From contig VJWM01000025.1 in NCBI GenBank assembly GCA_010909165.1, positions 2,790,001 through 2,854,000 on the forward strand: DNA of 64,000 bases, given 5' to 3'. The notes beneath the pieces were generated by a model. It did not search any database and had not been told where the DNA came from. It worked only from the letters and a program-made list of their open reading frames with translations. How positions within the stretch are numbered: the stretch's first letter is position 1; each line of letters begins with the position of its first letter. Source of the DNA: Anthoceros angustus (Eukaryota > Plantae > Anthocerotophyta). Shown piece by piece: positions 12,607-22,085 of this stretch. The position numbers and the translations under genes were made by a program.

Positions 12607-14237
12607 GTCACTTCCGAATCTTGCATTCTCGTTTGACTTCCTTGGTGAGCCTTTAACCTCTGAAGCCTTAGCAGGCCACGAGGCCTCTTTGGCAAGTCGC
12701 CATAGATTCGAGTATAAGTCCCTCATCCAAAATAAGACATGGAAGCTTGTCGATCTCCCGGTCGAAAACCGGTTCAATGTAAGTGGGTTTTCAAGAAAAG
12801 TTGAACGATGGGTCTTTGGAAGATACAAGGCCCGTCTAGTGGCCAAGGGCTATAGCCAAATCCTGTGGCTTGACTACAATGAAACATTTGCTCACATTGT
12901 CAAGTCCACCTCTCGTATCCTTACGGCAGTTCATCACAATCTCCTCGTGCATCAATCGGATGTCAAAATTTTCTCGAATGGCTTCTTGGAGGAAGACATC
13001 TATATGGTTGACTGAAGGTTTTATCATTGACACCACAAGGTTTGCAAGCTCCTCAAAACTCTTTATGGACTCAAGCGAGCTTCACGAGCACGGTATGAAG
13101 TGTTTCACAACTTTTGATGGAGCTCGGCTTCACTGCCTCAATGCGAGACACGGTGTATATATTTTATGGGATGGAGCCGACTTTCGATCTCGGTTTATGT
13201 CGATGACAATTTCCTTTTTAGCAATTACTCTTATGGCTCGCATCAAGCGATCCCGCTTTCTAAGTTTGACATGACCTTGGGGAACTTACCTTCTCCTTGG
13301 TGTCGGTTTCATCTCAATCCTACTGGAACTATTGACATACATCGGGATCACTTTGTTCATCAACTCCTCCAGTTTTAATATGCTTGATGCAAAACCGATG
13401 TCCACTCCCATGGCACTTGGTGAGAAGCTTCTGCTGAGCAATGTCCCACTACCGATGAGGAGAAGAAGCTCATGGCCAACATTCCTTATCGACAAGTTGG
13501 CTCCTTAATTTACCTTCTCGGATGGACACGGTTGGACATTACTCGCGATGGAGCCGTGGAGTCGCTTTTAGAGAACCTGGTCCCCTCATCGATCGCGTAA
13601 ACGTATCTTCGATACTTGAAAGGCACTCCCGACTTGGCTTGCGTCAAGTCCACAACCGGTTTAGCTCTTTGACTTATTGCGATTGGGCGGGGATCGACAC
13701 TGACGCAGTTGTTGTTGCCTATTGCACTTTCATGGCACTTGTTTGGTGCGGCGAAGAAGTTATCCACCATATGTCTTTCCTCGACAGAAGCCGAGTATGC
13801 AGCCATGACTCAAGCTTCCAAGGAAATAATATGGATACGCAGTTTTCTCAAAGGACTTCAACAACTTCAGTCCGATCCCACTCCATTATTATGTGACAAC
13901 CAATCAGCCATCGCACTCTCTGTGTTCCATGCAAGGTCCAAGCATATCGAAATTAGCCATCACTTTATTCGTCAAGCAGAATCGGGAGAGGTAGGTCGTA
14001 TGTTCCTCTGCGGACAATGTTTCGACCTTCTCACTAAGGCCTTGTCAAAACCATTACATGAAAAACATACGCCGCATTTGCGAGATCCTCATTGCTACTA
14101 AGGGCACCGCCATTAGCCTGGTTTGCCTTTCTAATCCCCGATTGGGAGTTTCTTTGTGTTTTTGAGTGTCTTCACAGTCTTCTCGCCTTATCGGCCTTGG
14201 CAAACTCCTCCGTCAAGCTACAAACCCAGGATGATCG
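12607..14237 (+). pseudogene. Copia RT-RNase H, copy 2 (tandem duplicate)
   Basis: Same motifs as copy 1, plus LSSTEAEYAAM, CDNQSAIAL and HARSKHIEISHHFIR. Confidence 0.95.
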
Positions 14238-14238
14238 G

Positions 14239-14922
14239 TCACTTCCTTGTAAACAACAGACTCTCAACATAACTTACAAGTCGGTTTACTTCAGTATATG
14301 ACCCACACAGTTCTGTCATATGTGGCTCAGGTTTCTTCACTTCCTCTTTTCCTGTTTTCTTCACGCCCTTAGCAGACTTAGCAGGCTTGTGCCCCCACTC
14401 TTTCTCCATGTAGACCTCGTCATCAGAATCCACTGGAAGAGGGATTTCCATGTAAGCCTGCATCTCTTCGGGAGTAGGCCTCAGGGCCACCCCTACTATG
14501 CCTCCTTTTTCCTTGTGTTCAGTCTCTTTGCAGGCCATCTTGTGAAATTCAGTTGAAGGCGCAGCGTACACTCTTCGAGGGACGCCCTTGTCGTCGAAGT
14601 TTTGGAGTCTTCTTGCCGTTTTCGCCTTCGAAGTATCAGCTGGAACAGGACCGCAACTTGGAGACTCGAAGGAGACTATGTTAGAGTCAGGACAATGCAT
14701 TGCATGAAGACAAGACTGCCTTTCAGAGAATTTCCTGACTGGAATCCAGACTCTCTCACAGCCCAGGCACTTCAGGCCTTGTGTTACGTCGTCCATTGTC
14801 GACCACACAAGACGCTGATGGGCACACCTGCTTGGAGATGAAGATATCCAGGCGCAAAGGATTGCGAGGGAGAAGACTGTGATCACAAGAGACATGAGCT
14901 CAATGGCACTCAAGGATGCCAT
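14239..14922 (-). CDS. Antisense 227-aa ORF inside the Copia 3' region (hydrophobic N-terminus, CxxC)
   Basis: Uninterrupted ATG-started ORF lying between RNase H and the PPT/3' LTR. Confidence 0.5.
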   Translation of the reverse strand: MASLSAIELMSLVITVFSLAILCAWISSSPSRCAHQRLVWSTMDDVTQGLKCLGCERVWIPVRKFSERQSCLHAMHCPDSNIVSFESPSCGPVPADTSKAKTARRLQNFDDKGVPRRVYAAPSTEFHKMACKETEHKEKGGIVGVALRPTPEEMQAYMEIPLPVDSDDEVYMEKEWGHKPAKSAKGVKKTGKEEVKKPEPHMTELCGSYTEVNRLVSYVESLLFTRK

Positions 14923-14959
14923 AGCTCTAGTTATAGCGGGCGTTGGGGAGTAATTGGCA

Positions 14960-14984
14960 AGGTGAAGTGAAGCGGGAGTGAGAG
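14960..14984 (+). other. Polypurine tract of the Copia element
   Basis: Purine-rich aggtgaagtgaagcgggagtgagag immediately before TG. Confidence 0.6.
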
Positions 14985-15346
14985 TGTCACGTTTGGCATG
15001 TTACTGTGCACCCATCATTTGTACTTTGTCACAGCTAGCACCACAGGACGAATTTAACAGGCTTTAATTTCCCTTTTCAGACTGAAACATGCTTCAACTA
15101 AGTGGGAGTATTAGAAATAGCCTAAAAGCGTTATGTTACAACTATGAACCGCTAAAGTAGTTTTGCATTTTCAGTTCCGACGGTTAAATAACCGTTCGCC
15201 TTTTTTGTATAAGATAGTTTCTTTCCATTAATCAATCAACCTTTTTTCCTCACATACGCTTTGCTTCTCGTGTTCTCCGCTTGTGCTCTTGGTCACTTTG
15301 GCTCTCTCATGTTGATCCTGCCATAGCTATTCTCTTAGCTTTTACA
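14985..15346 (+). repeat. Copia 3' LTR (TG...CA)
   Basis: Ends tagcttttaCA and matches nt 1-49. The start is inferred from the PPT and could be 14979. Confidence 0.8.
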
Positions 15347-15559
15347 GACTGCTGATGGAGACGATGGCGCAAAAGCTTCTGGAGATGCCATGTTTCAGCC
15401 TACAAAACATGGGGCTAAGCGCGAAGGAAGTCAGGGGTTTGACTCGGCGGATATTAACAACCTTTGAAGACTAAGCAAGTGTCCAAGATGTACCACAACA
15501 GGTAGCAATGATGTCATTGCTGACCTCGGAGCCAAGCATCTCTCCGGAGAAGCGGAATG

Positions 15560-15891
15560 CTGCACGAGTCAAACCCGGAGCATAGCCAGTGATAGTTGGA
15601 AGAAGAGTGAAGGAAGCGTTGCGTCTCCACAAAGAAAGGTTGAAAGAAACCAAGTGGAAGATTCAGACCGCAGCCGTGACCATAGAACATGTATTATGGG
15701 TGACGAGGTACAAGTTGAAGGTTTCATTCAAACCAAGAACATCTAACTTCACCTTTGTTGAGGTACACTACTTGGTCACTAATGCAGACACATTCGATGT
15801 CTTGCTGGGAGCGGACACTTTGTATAAACCTGGATTGATGGTGGATTTGTGGATAGAGACAATCTTCGATCGACCAGGCTGGAGAAGCTAG
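15560..15891 (+). pseudogene. Gypsy aspartic protease (degenerate active site)
   Basis: KPGA*PVIVGRR (decayed D-T-G-A-Q-P), FDVLLGAD and RPGW. Confidence 0.7.
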
Positions 15892-16289
15892 AGCAAAACC
15901 GATGAACTAATTGCTCGCATCCCTCTGCAGCCGCATGGCGAAGATCATGAGAACCTCATTGCCAGTAGCATCTACCCAGTGTTTGGGGCTGTGGTGACGG
16001 ACATGCCTTACCTGCTTGAACCTCTTGGCATATGTCTAACAACCGCAACTGACCTAAGGGAGGATTTCGACGAGGAGGAGAAAGACAAGCTACTAGGGTC
16101 ACAACCACCCTCAGAGGAGGTTCTTCAAGTCAGCCGGACAGAGCTGGTGACTACAACAATGAGTCGTGCAAAAGCGGTAGAAGATGGTTGAAGAGGATTA
16201 GTGTCCTATGAGCCGGAGAACTGCTGTAAGTTCTTACCTACGGTTGAGCTTGTTTGTGACCTAAACACCCAGGTGATCACATGGCGACC

Positions 16290-17360
16290 TCGCGAAGACG
16301 GCATAGTGCTGGTGGAAGTCTCTGGAGGCATCAGTAAAGGCTTGGAAGCAGTGCTAAAATGTGGCATCAAAGTACGAAGATACGTGCAGTGTGACCGAGA
16401 TCCAAAAGCAAGGATTGTGTTACAGAAGTGCGTTAGAGACTTTATGGGGGAGTACCCTAACCTCCTAATGTGGGAGTTAGTGAAGGATTACAAGAAGGCG
16501 CTCCCAAAGGATGTTCGCATGATAGGGTTGTTCCATGTGAGCTGTCTTGGGCAACCAATGGACCAAGGCTTGTAATTGTTGGTTGAGAATGTCAAGGACT
16601 ATCCTCTGCAGGTAAGGGTCAAGGTCTGAAGAATCCACGAACAACATTGTACTATGACCTGATGAGGATCTTGCGCTTTATCCAGAAAGGGCAAGAAAGG
16701 CCTTGTGGATACATGTTAGAGAATGTGCCAGCATGCATGAGCGCAGGAGCGCATGAATGTGCCAGCATGCATGAGCGCATGAATGTGCCAGCATGCATGA
16801 GCGCATGAATGTGCCAGCATGCATGAGCGCATGAATGTGCCGGCATGCATGAGCGCAGCATGCATGGATGCATGCAGTAGCAAGTCCAGGAGGATTTTGC
16901 CACGATCCAAGGAGTGTTGGGTCAGGAGCTACTGTTGGATGTAGCTCAATTTGGTTCGAGGGCACATAGGTTGAGGTCCATGTGGACTAACCTTGTTGCC
17001 TTGGAACATTTGAAGTGTGCGAGGTCGTTCACCAAGTGACCTGCTCATGTCGTCAAAGATGTGCTAGCATCAGGAAGGCATGCTCAACAAGTCATCAAGA
17101 CTGACAAGCTGCTGCACTTCCCTGTGAATACGCCTGGACACCCCACGGCGGTTTGACCAACCTTTGTGTCCAAGTTCTACGTCTTCAGGAACCATGGCCC
17201 TGGCGTTGTGGTGGACAGACATGGCGAGGCCTAACAGCCACACAGAGGGAGTTGGCTATGGGATTTGCTGACGAAGACACCGGAAGTGATCGAGAAGGAA
17301 CGGTGTTGATTGCTTGGGCAAACATTTGACATGAACATGATGACCTGGTTGTTCAGCGCT
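16290..17360 (+). pseudogene. Retrotransposon-encoded DNMT3-like C5 cytosine methyltransferase (inactivated copy)
   Basis: Motif I LVEVSGGISKG (16309-16341); IV LVIVG*ECQGLSSAG (Cys at 16590-92); VI ENVP (16719); VII/VIII LDVAQFGSRAHRLRSMWTNL (16935-16994); IX RELAMGF (17246); X LLGQTFDMN (17310). Confidence 0.9.
16719..16878 (+). repeat. 26-bp minisatellite (~5 copies, gaatgtgccagcatgcatgagcgcat) inside the DNMT
   Basis: Directly visible tandem units with no unique spacers. Confidence 0.95.
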
Positions 17361-17559
17361 AGAATCACTTACCAACTTCGAAATTAGAAGAAGGCGGGGT
17401 TGAAGCAGTTGGTTCGGTGAGCAAAAGACATTCTAGCACTTGCATCTCAACAAGAGCAGGCGAGTTTGGAGGGCAAGGAGAGTGAGCGAATCAAGAAAGC
17501 GTGCAAGCCATTCGAGCCACAACCACATGAGTGGTTGACAGCCGTCGAGTTGAAGAGCA

Positions 17560-17715
17560 ATCAACGACGTCAACAAAAGGAGTTGTTGGAGGCATCGCTA
17601 CATGTGTTTGCTTTCATACTTGCGGAGATGGGGAAGTACACCAAGGGGAAGCTCCACATAGAACTTACCACGGATGAACCGGTGTTCCGCAGGAGGCACA
17701 AGCTTGACAAGACAA
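17560..17715 (+). pseudogene. N-terminal fragment of Gypsy reverse transcriptase
   Basis: LLEASLHVFAFILAEMGKYTKGKLHIELTTDEPVFRRRHKL is typical of the Gypsy RT-preceding segment; it ends abruptly. Confidence 0.7.
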
Positions 17716-17729
17716 GAAGAAAACGGCAA

Positions 17730-17872
17730 GCAACCGGTGGGGAGTAGTCCAGATGACATGTTGGCCATGCGCAGGAGGATGTTGAAGACAACCCTCGACT
17801 TATGGACAAGGTTTATAACTTTTGGACGACATTCCCGAAGAAGATTGGTTTTGTGCACAATGCACTACATAA
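17730..17872 (+). pseudogene. Degenerate PHD finger at the polyprotein C-terminus
   Basis: PDDML, then CAGGC*R...LDDIPEEDWFCAQCTT* (17822-17872). Confidence 0.75.
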
Positions 17873-17931
17873 GGTGCGTACGTGTGTAGTACTACTAATG
17901 ATAATGTTTTGACTTAGAATCTCACATTATT

Positions 17932-17940
17932 GGGGGGAGA
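17932..17940 (+). other. Polypurine tract of the Gypsy element, with putative LTR starting at 17943
   Basis: GGGGGGAGA followed by tt-TGTTTG, 60 nt after the PHD stop. Confidence 0.6.
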
Positions 17941-18611
17941 TTTGTTTGCACCTATATTTGCATATTTGATTTGTTTTCTTGGTTGTTTGTTGAGGAAGTG
18001 CTCATATGAATGCAAGTACTTACCTTGTGCGACAACTGTCATGCCGTGTGACACTAATCTCTACACTTGGGTTTAGTGTTTGATTGGTATTAATTAATCT
18101 AATTACTTATCTTTAAGTAAATAATTAGTATTAACTAATCTAACATGCTTTATGTTAATTAATCATTGATTAGTGTTAATTAAGCATGGGTAGCGATAGC
18201 TAAGTGGATAAGCACAAGTAATATGCTTTAGCATATTCCTTGCATATTATAGTGTATTCTTAAGATATTTCCGGCATACGCTGATGTCAATAGGATATCT
18301 TAGGAATATGCCGATGCCAAGGGCTAGTATATATAGACCCTTTCACAGATGACAAGCTCAGATCATAGCTTGTTCTCTAGATACGCAGTGCAATAGTGTT
18401 GTGAGGAGGCCAAAGCTATGACTCTGAGAGCGATGTGAGAGGAATTTTCATGTTGTTCTCGTGGCGAAAGTGTGTTTGTGCCATGACTTGCAAGCTCTCT
18501 CCTATTCTTATTGGTTTGCACCTATATTTGCATATTTGATTTGTTTGCTTGGTTATCTGTTGAGGAAGTGCGACAAATGCTATAATAGCACTGTACTCAA
18601 TAATTGAGTGC

Positions 18612-18828
18612 AGTCCTCCAAGAGCTATAGCCAAGTTCAAGTCACTACAAAAAAAACTCCAGAGCTTAAACTCCAACAACACAAAACTAGTCATGTCTTG
18701 CTTGACTACGAGTTGGATATAGACAAATGCTCTTCTTGTAGGGATTTTACAATAACCTTATACAAATTGCTAGCATGAGAGCCGCAAGTAGAACATGCAA
18801 TTCCAAGCTAGTAGCTCCACTAGGGGGG
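18612..18828 (-). pseudogene. Diverged copy of the GDPDL 3' end (last codons plus 3' UTR)
   Basis: Aligns by eye to 26952-27169 (gagctatagccaag...ttccaagctagtagctccact). Confidence 0.85.
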
Positions 18829-19228
18829 ATTTTATTTTGTCGTTTGAGGCAGGTTGAATTGCTATAAGCAGCGTAGTGGAAGAAAGGAGGAACACATTTA
18901 ACTATCCCTAATGATGCGAATGCGCGGAAATGTTAATCGTAGAACGACTGGGTAGATGCTTGATGAATTGTTTTTTTGATAAATCTTGAAACTGGGTTAT
19001 GCACTTGGTAAGAGAGAATTCATAGGCAATCGGCTACGAGCTAACCAACTTCAAAACATGCGCTGTCTACCATGATCTGCAACGCAAATGCACCACTACC
19101 CCACACATTGTACTCTTTTGCCTATGCAGCGCTTTTTTCATTGGCTACAAAGAAAAGGGTGCAAACTAAGTACTTGAAATAAAAAAAACGATAAGAAAAA
19201 TAATATACCTAGTCTTATTTGGTCTATC

Positions 19229-19314
19229 CAAGTTATATATACCACATACACAACAGGAAGACTATCTCACACAAGTTATATATACCACATACACAACAGG
19301 AAGACTATCTCACA
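19229..19314 (+). repeat. 43-bp tandem duplication (2 copies)
   Basis: caagttatatataccacatacacaacaggaagactatctcaca x2. Confidence 0.95.
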
Positions 19315-19619
19315 AATATATTTGATTGAGGGAAAGAACGATGGAAGACCTATCTCTATATCTCATCTCTTTCCTTAAAAATCCCACTGCAATTGTCTGT
19401 CGTGTGTGGGCTTAAATAAATTCCTCTCCTTGTTCACTGAAAGACAAAAGGTAGTAGGTACCCAAACAAAGGCCCAAGACGGAAAACTTCCAATGAAGAT
19501 GAGACCTTGGAAGGTCAGAGACACGAAGGTTTGGTTGTGAGTCCGAGTCGGAGCTGCACAATTTTTGGTCGGCTCGCTGGATCCCAGCTCGCTGCCGGTC
19601 CTGCAGCTCCGCATGGTTG

Positions 19620-21892
19620 ATGGAAGGGGTGTGGGCTAAGGTGCTGATGCCGGTGCAACTCACGGGAAGTGGCAGAGCAGTGTTGGGCCCGTCGGAGGTA
19701 GAGTGCCAGCTGCTGCCGGGTGTGGATTTGCAAGTGGAAGGGCTCGCAGACACTCGGGCGCTCAAATCAGGTACTTTGTCCTTTCTCCCCATGCTGTTGT
19801 GGGCACTGTGACGAGCTTGGTTCTTGAAGCAGATCCTTCATCTGCTGCAACTGGTGGCCTCCGGGTGCAGGAGTGGCCACGCTCACTACGCATCGCATTC
19901 TGTGGGTGGATGAGCAGTGCAAGCATGCAGGCGCAGTGCCTCTCGCTTCCATCTCCCGCGTCTTCCCGCCGAAGAAGACCATCAAAAACATGTTTGCCAC
20001 GCCGCGGCTGCGGCTGCAATTGTGGACCACGGCTGATGGCCGGGTCGCGCAGCCTGGGAAGAATCAGGGTGCGTTGGGATCCGTCGTTCTTGTCGTGATT
20101 TTCCGCGGATCGGCTTCCTTCGAGTCGTTCGTCCAGCTTGTGCAAGACAATATTCAGGTTTGTCGCCCGCTGTGGATGAGCGGTGCTGGAAGCTTCTGGG
20201 AATTCGGCTCTGTTTGTTGCTCCTGCTTCCTGCTCCTGAAGGCTTGTTCTCGCTCGGGTAGAAGGCTCAGATGATTGTGGCCCCGCCCATTCAACAGGCT
20301 CATGTGCACATGTTGACAGGCAAAGGCCTGGGAGGCAGACGTTCCCCCTGCGGTGAGAAAGTCCCCGTTAGTGCCAGCATCAGTTGACTGTAGGTTTTCT
20401 CAACCCGGGTTTCTGCCTTTCTGCAGCTGTTTTGAACTGTCATGCCGTGGTTGTCACATGGTTTGCTGATTACTTGTCATTGGTTGCAGCTAGAATGGAT
20501 GGCTCTCCATCTACTTCCTACAACCTCAGGCCTAGGGTAAATCCTCTGATGGCCGGTGTCTCAGGACTTTACCGAAAGGAGGAGCAGCAACGGGAGGAAA
20601 CGGATAAAAATTTGCAGGAGGCGTTTCAGGATTTGAACGCCCTAATGGTTAGGCAATGTTGATGCTTCCATATGCCACTGATAGGTTTTCAGCATTGCAG
20701 TGTCTAAAGTCGTTTGGAATGGAGCAGGGCAAAGCCAAGGAAATGGTGCAGCTGGCTGAGAGGATGCGGGCAAGGCTGGCTGGGAGCACAGCCCGGCAAC
20801 CTGGTCAGGACGATGAGGATGTGGGTTCCAGGCAGGACATGCAGGATTTGTTACTTAGTGTTGGTATTGCTTCACCTGTGACCAAGGAGTCCGCGGGTGC
20901 TCTCTACCATCAGCAGCTGTCACGTCAGGTGCTTCTCTTGAGCTGTGCTAGCCGGCCCCAACTGCTCATCTGCTGAAGGTGTGGCCACACATCTGATGGT
21001 CACGCACGCCAGAGCCCTCCTCTGTGCTTCCTGTGCTGTACCTGAGTATCCTGATGAGTCTTGTTAGGGTCTCTGCAGCTGGCAGATTTTATCAAGGAGC
21101 CTTTGCAAAGAGCAGGAGGAATGATGGCCATGGTAGATGCGTACTGCATCTTCAACCGCGCTCGCGGGACAGGTACAGCTTTCTAGTGGGATGCTGGACC
21201 TCTTGTCATGCTGTTCTCTTGCTTTCTGAGTTCCTCAAACCTGTTTGTGATGCTAACAGAATTGATATCACCAGAAGACATGGTGCAGGCCTGTACGATT
21301 TGGGAAAAGTTTGATGTGTAAGACCTTCCTCTTGATGTCCGAGCTGCAAATCTTGTGTGCGTGTTGTAATGGCCATCGAATGTTGCTGTGGTGCCCTCAT
21401 ATGCACTGCCTCCACATACTGTCATCTTTTTCCTCTTGTTGAAACAGGCCTGTTATGCTACGACGATTTGACAGCGGAGTTATGGTTATTCAGTCGAAAA
21501 ACCAAAGTGATGACGAGGTGAGCAAAACTCCACTGCTTGCTGCTTACTTCATTTGTCGCATCGCACCTACTAAAGTTCAACGATTGTGCAGTTTGTTGCA
21601 AAGTTGAGCATCCTTGCCAAGAAACCAGAAGCAATGAGGATAGGAATTGGACAGAGCGACGCAGCCCGTGCACTGGGTGTCGCCCCGGCTCTCGTTAAAG
21701 AGCATCTCCTTGTAGCTGAGAGCAGAGGTTAGTGGCAGCCGACTTTCGGTGGCTTCATCGTATTCCGTCTGTAGGTGTGCTGACTATGCTTGCCGTGGCT
21801 TGGCAGGAATTTTGTGTCGAGATGATGGGCCAGAAGGTCTCAGGTTTTTCTGGAACCTATTTGCAGAAATCGACGTGAGCATCATTGTTTGA
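19620..21892 (+). CDS. VPS36: ESCRT-II subunit VPS36 (multi-exon)
   Basis: [13 protein letters not shown]; TLTTHRILW; [12 protein letters not shown]; [10 protein letters not shown]; FQDLNALM; [22 protein letters not shown]; [14 protein letters not shown]; [13 protein letters not shown]. Confidence 0.95.
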
Positions 21893-22085
21893 TTGGAGTA
21901 TGCATTGTGATTAAATGACTACTGCGCAACATTTTTGTGTCGTTCATTAATTATACTATGGTAACTTAAACAGGGCTACTGGTCGCATTCTTTGGCTCCG
22001 TGTCTGCACTTTTCGAACAGTCAGCTGCATCACACTTTCTCTGAAACATTCGGTCCAACGATTCCTGTTCTCCTAATAGAATTTC

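Larger units (their letters stand above)
1..15346 (+). mobile_element. Ty1/Copia LTR retrotransposon (5' LTR truncated by the window edge), disrupted by an insert and internal duplications
   Basis: Nt 1-49 are identical to 15296-15344 (LTR 3' ends). A PBS follows at 50. Domain order is gag-PR-IN-RT-RH, which is diagnostic of Copia. Confidence 0.93.
15347..18570 (+). mobile_element. Decayed Ty3/Gypsy element with PR-DNMT-RT[deletion]-PHD-PPT-LTR architecture
   Basis: Protease, C5-MTase motifs, Gypsy RT N-terminus, PHD C-terminal half, stop, GGGGGGAGA PPT and TG in collinear order. The right boundary is uncertain. Confidence 0.8.

Noticed and set aside
15513-15533. VIADLGA as the Gypsy protease active site
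   Set aside because: The better positional match is KPGA*PVIVG at 15571-15600, in frame with DVLLG.
16719-16878. CRISPR-like appearance of the 26-bp repeats (also the 58-bp and 33-bp arrays)
   Set aside because: Units are contiguous with no unique spacers, there are no cas genes, and the context is eukaryotic.
18644-18656. CACTACAAAAAAA, a CACTA TIR-like motif
   Set aside because: It aligns to gtcacagcagaaaaaa in the GDPDL 3' UTR copy and has no partner TIR; likely chance.
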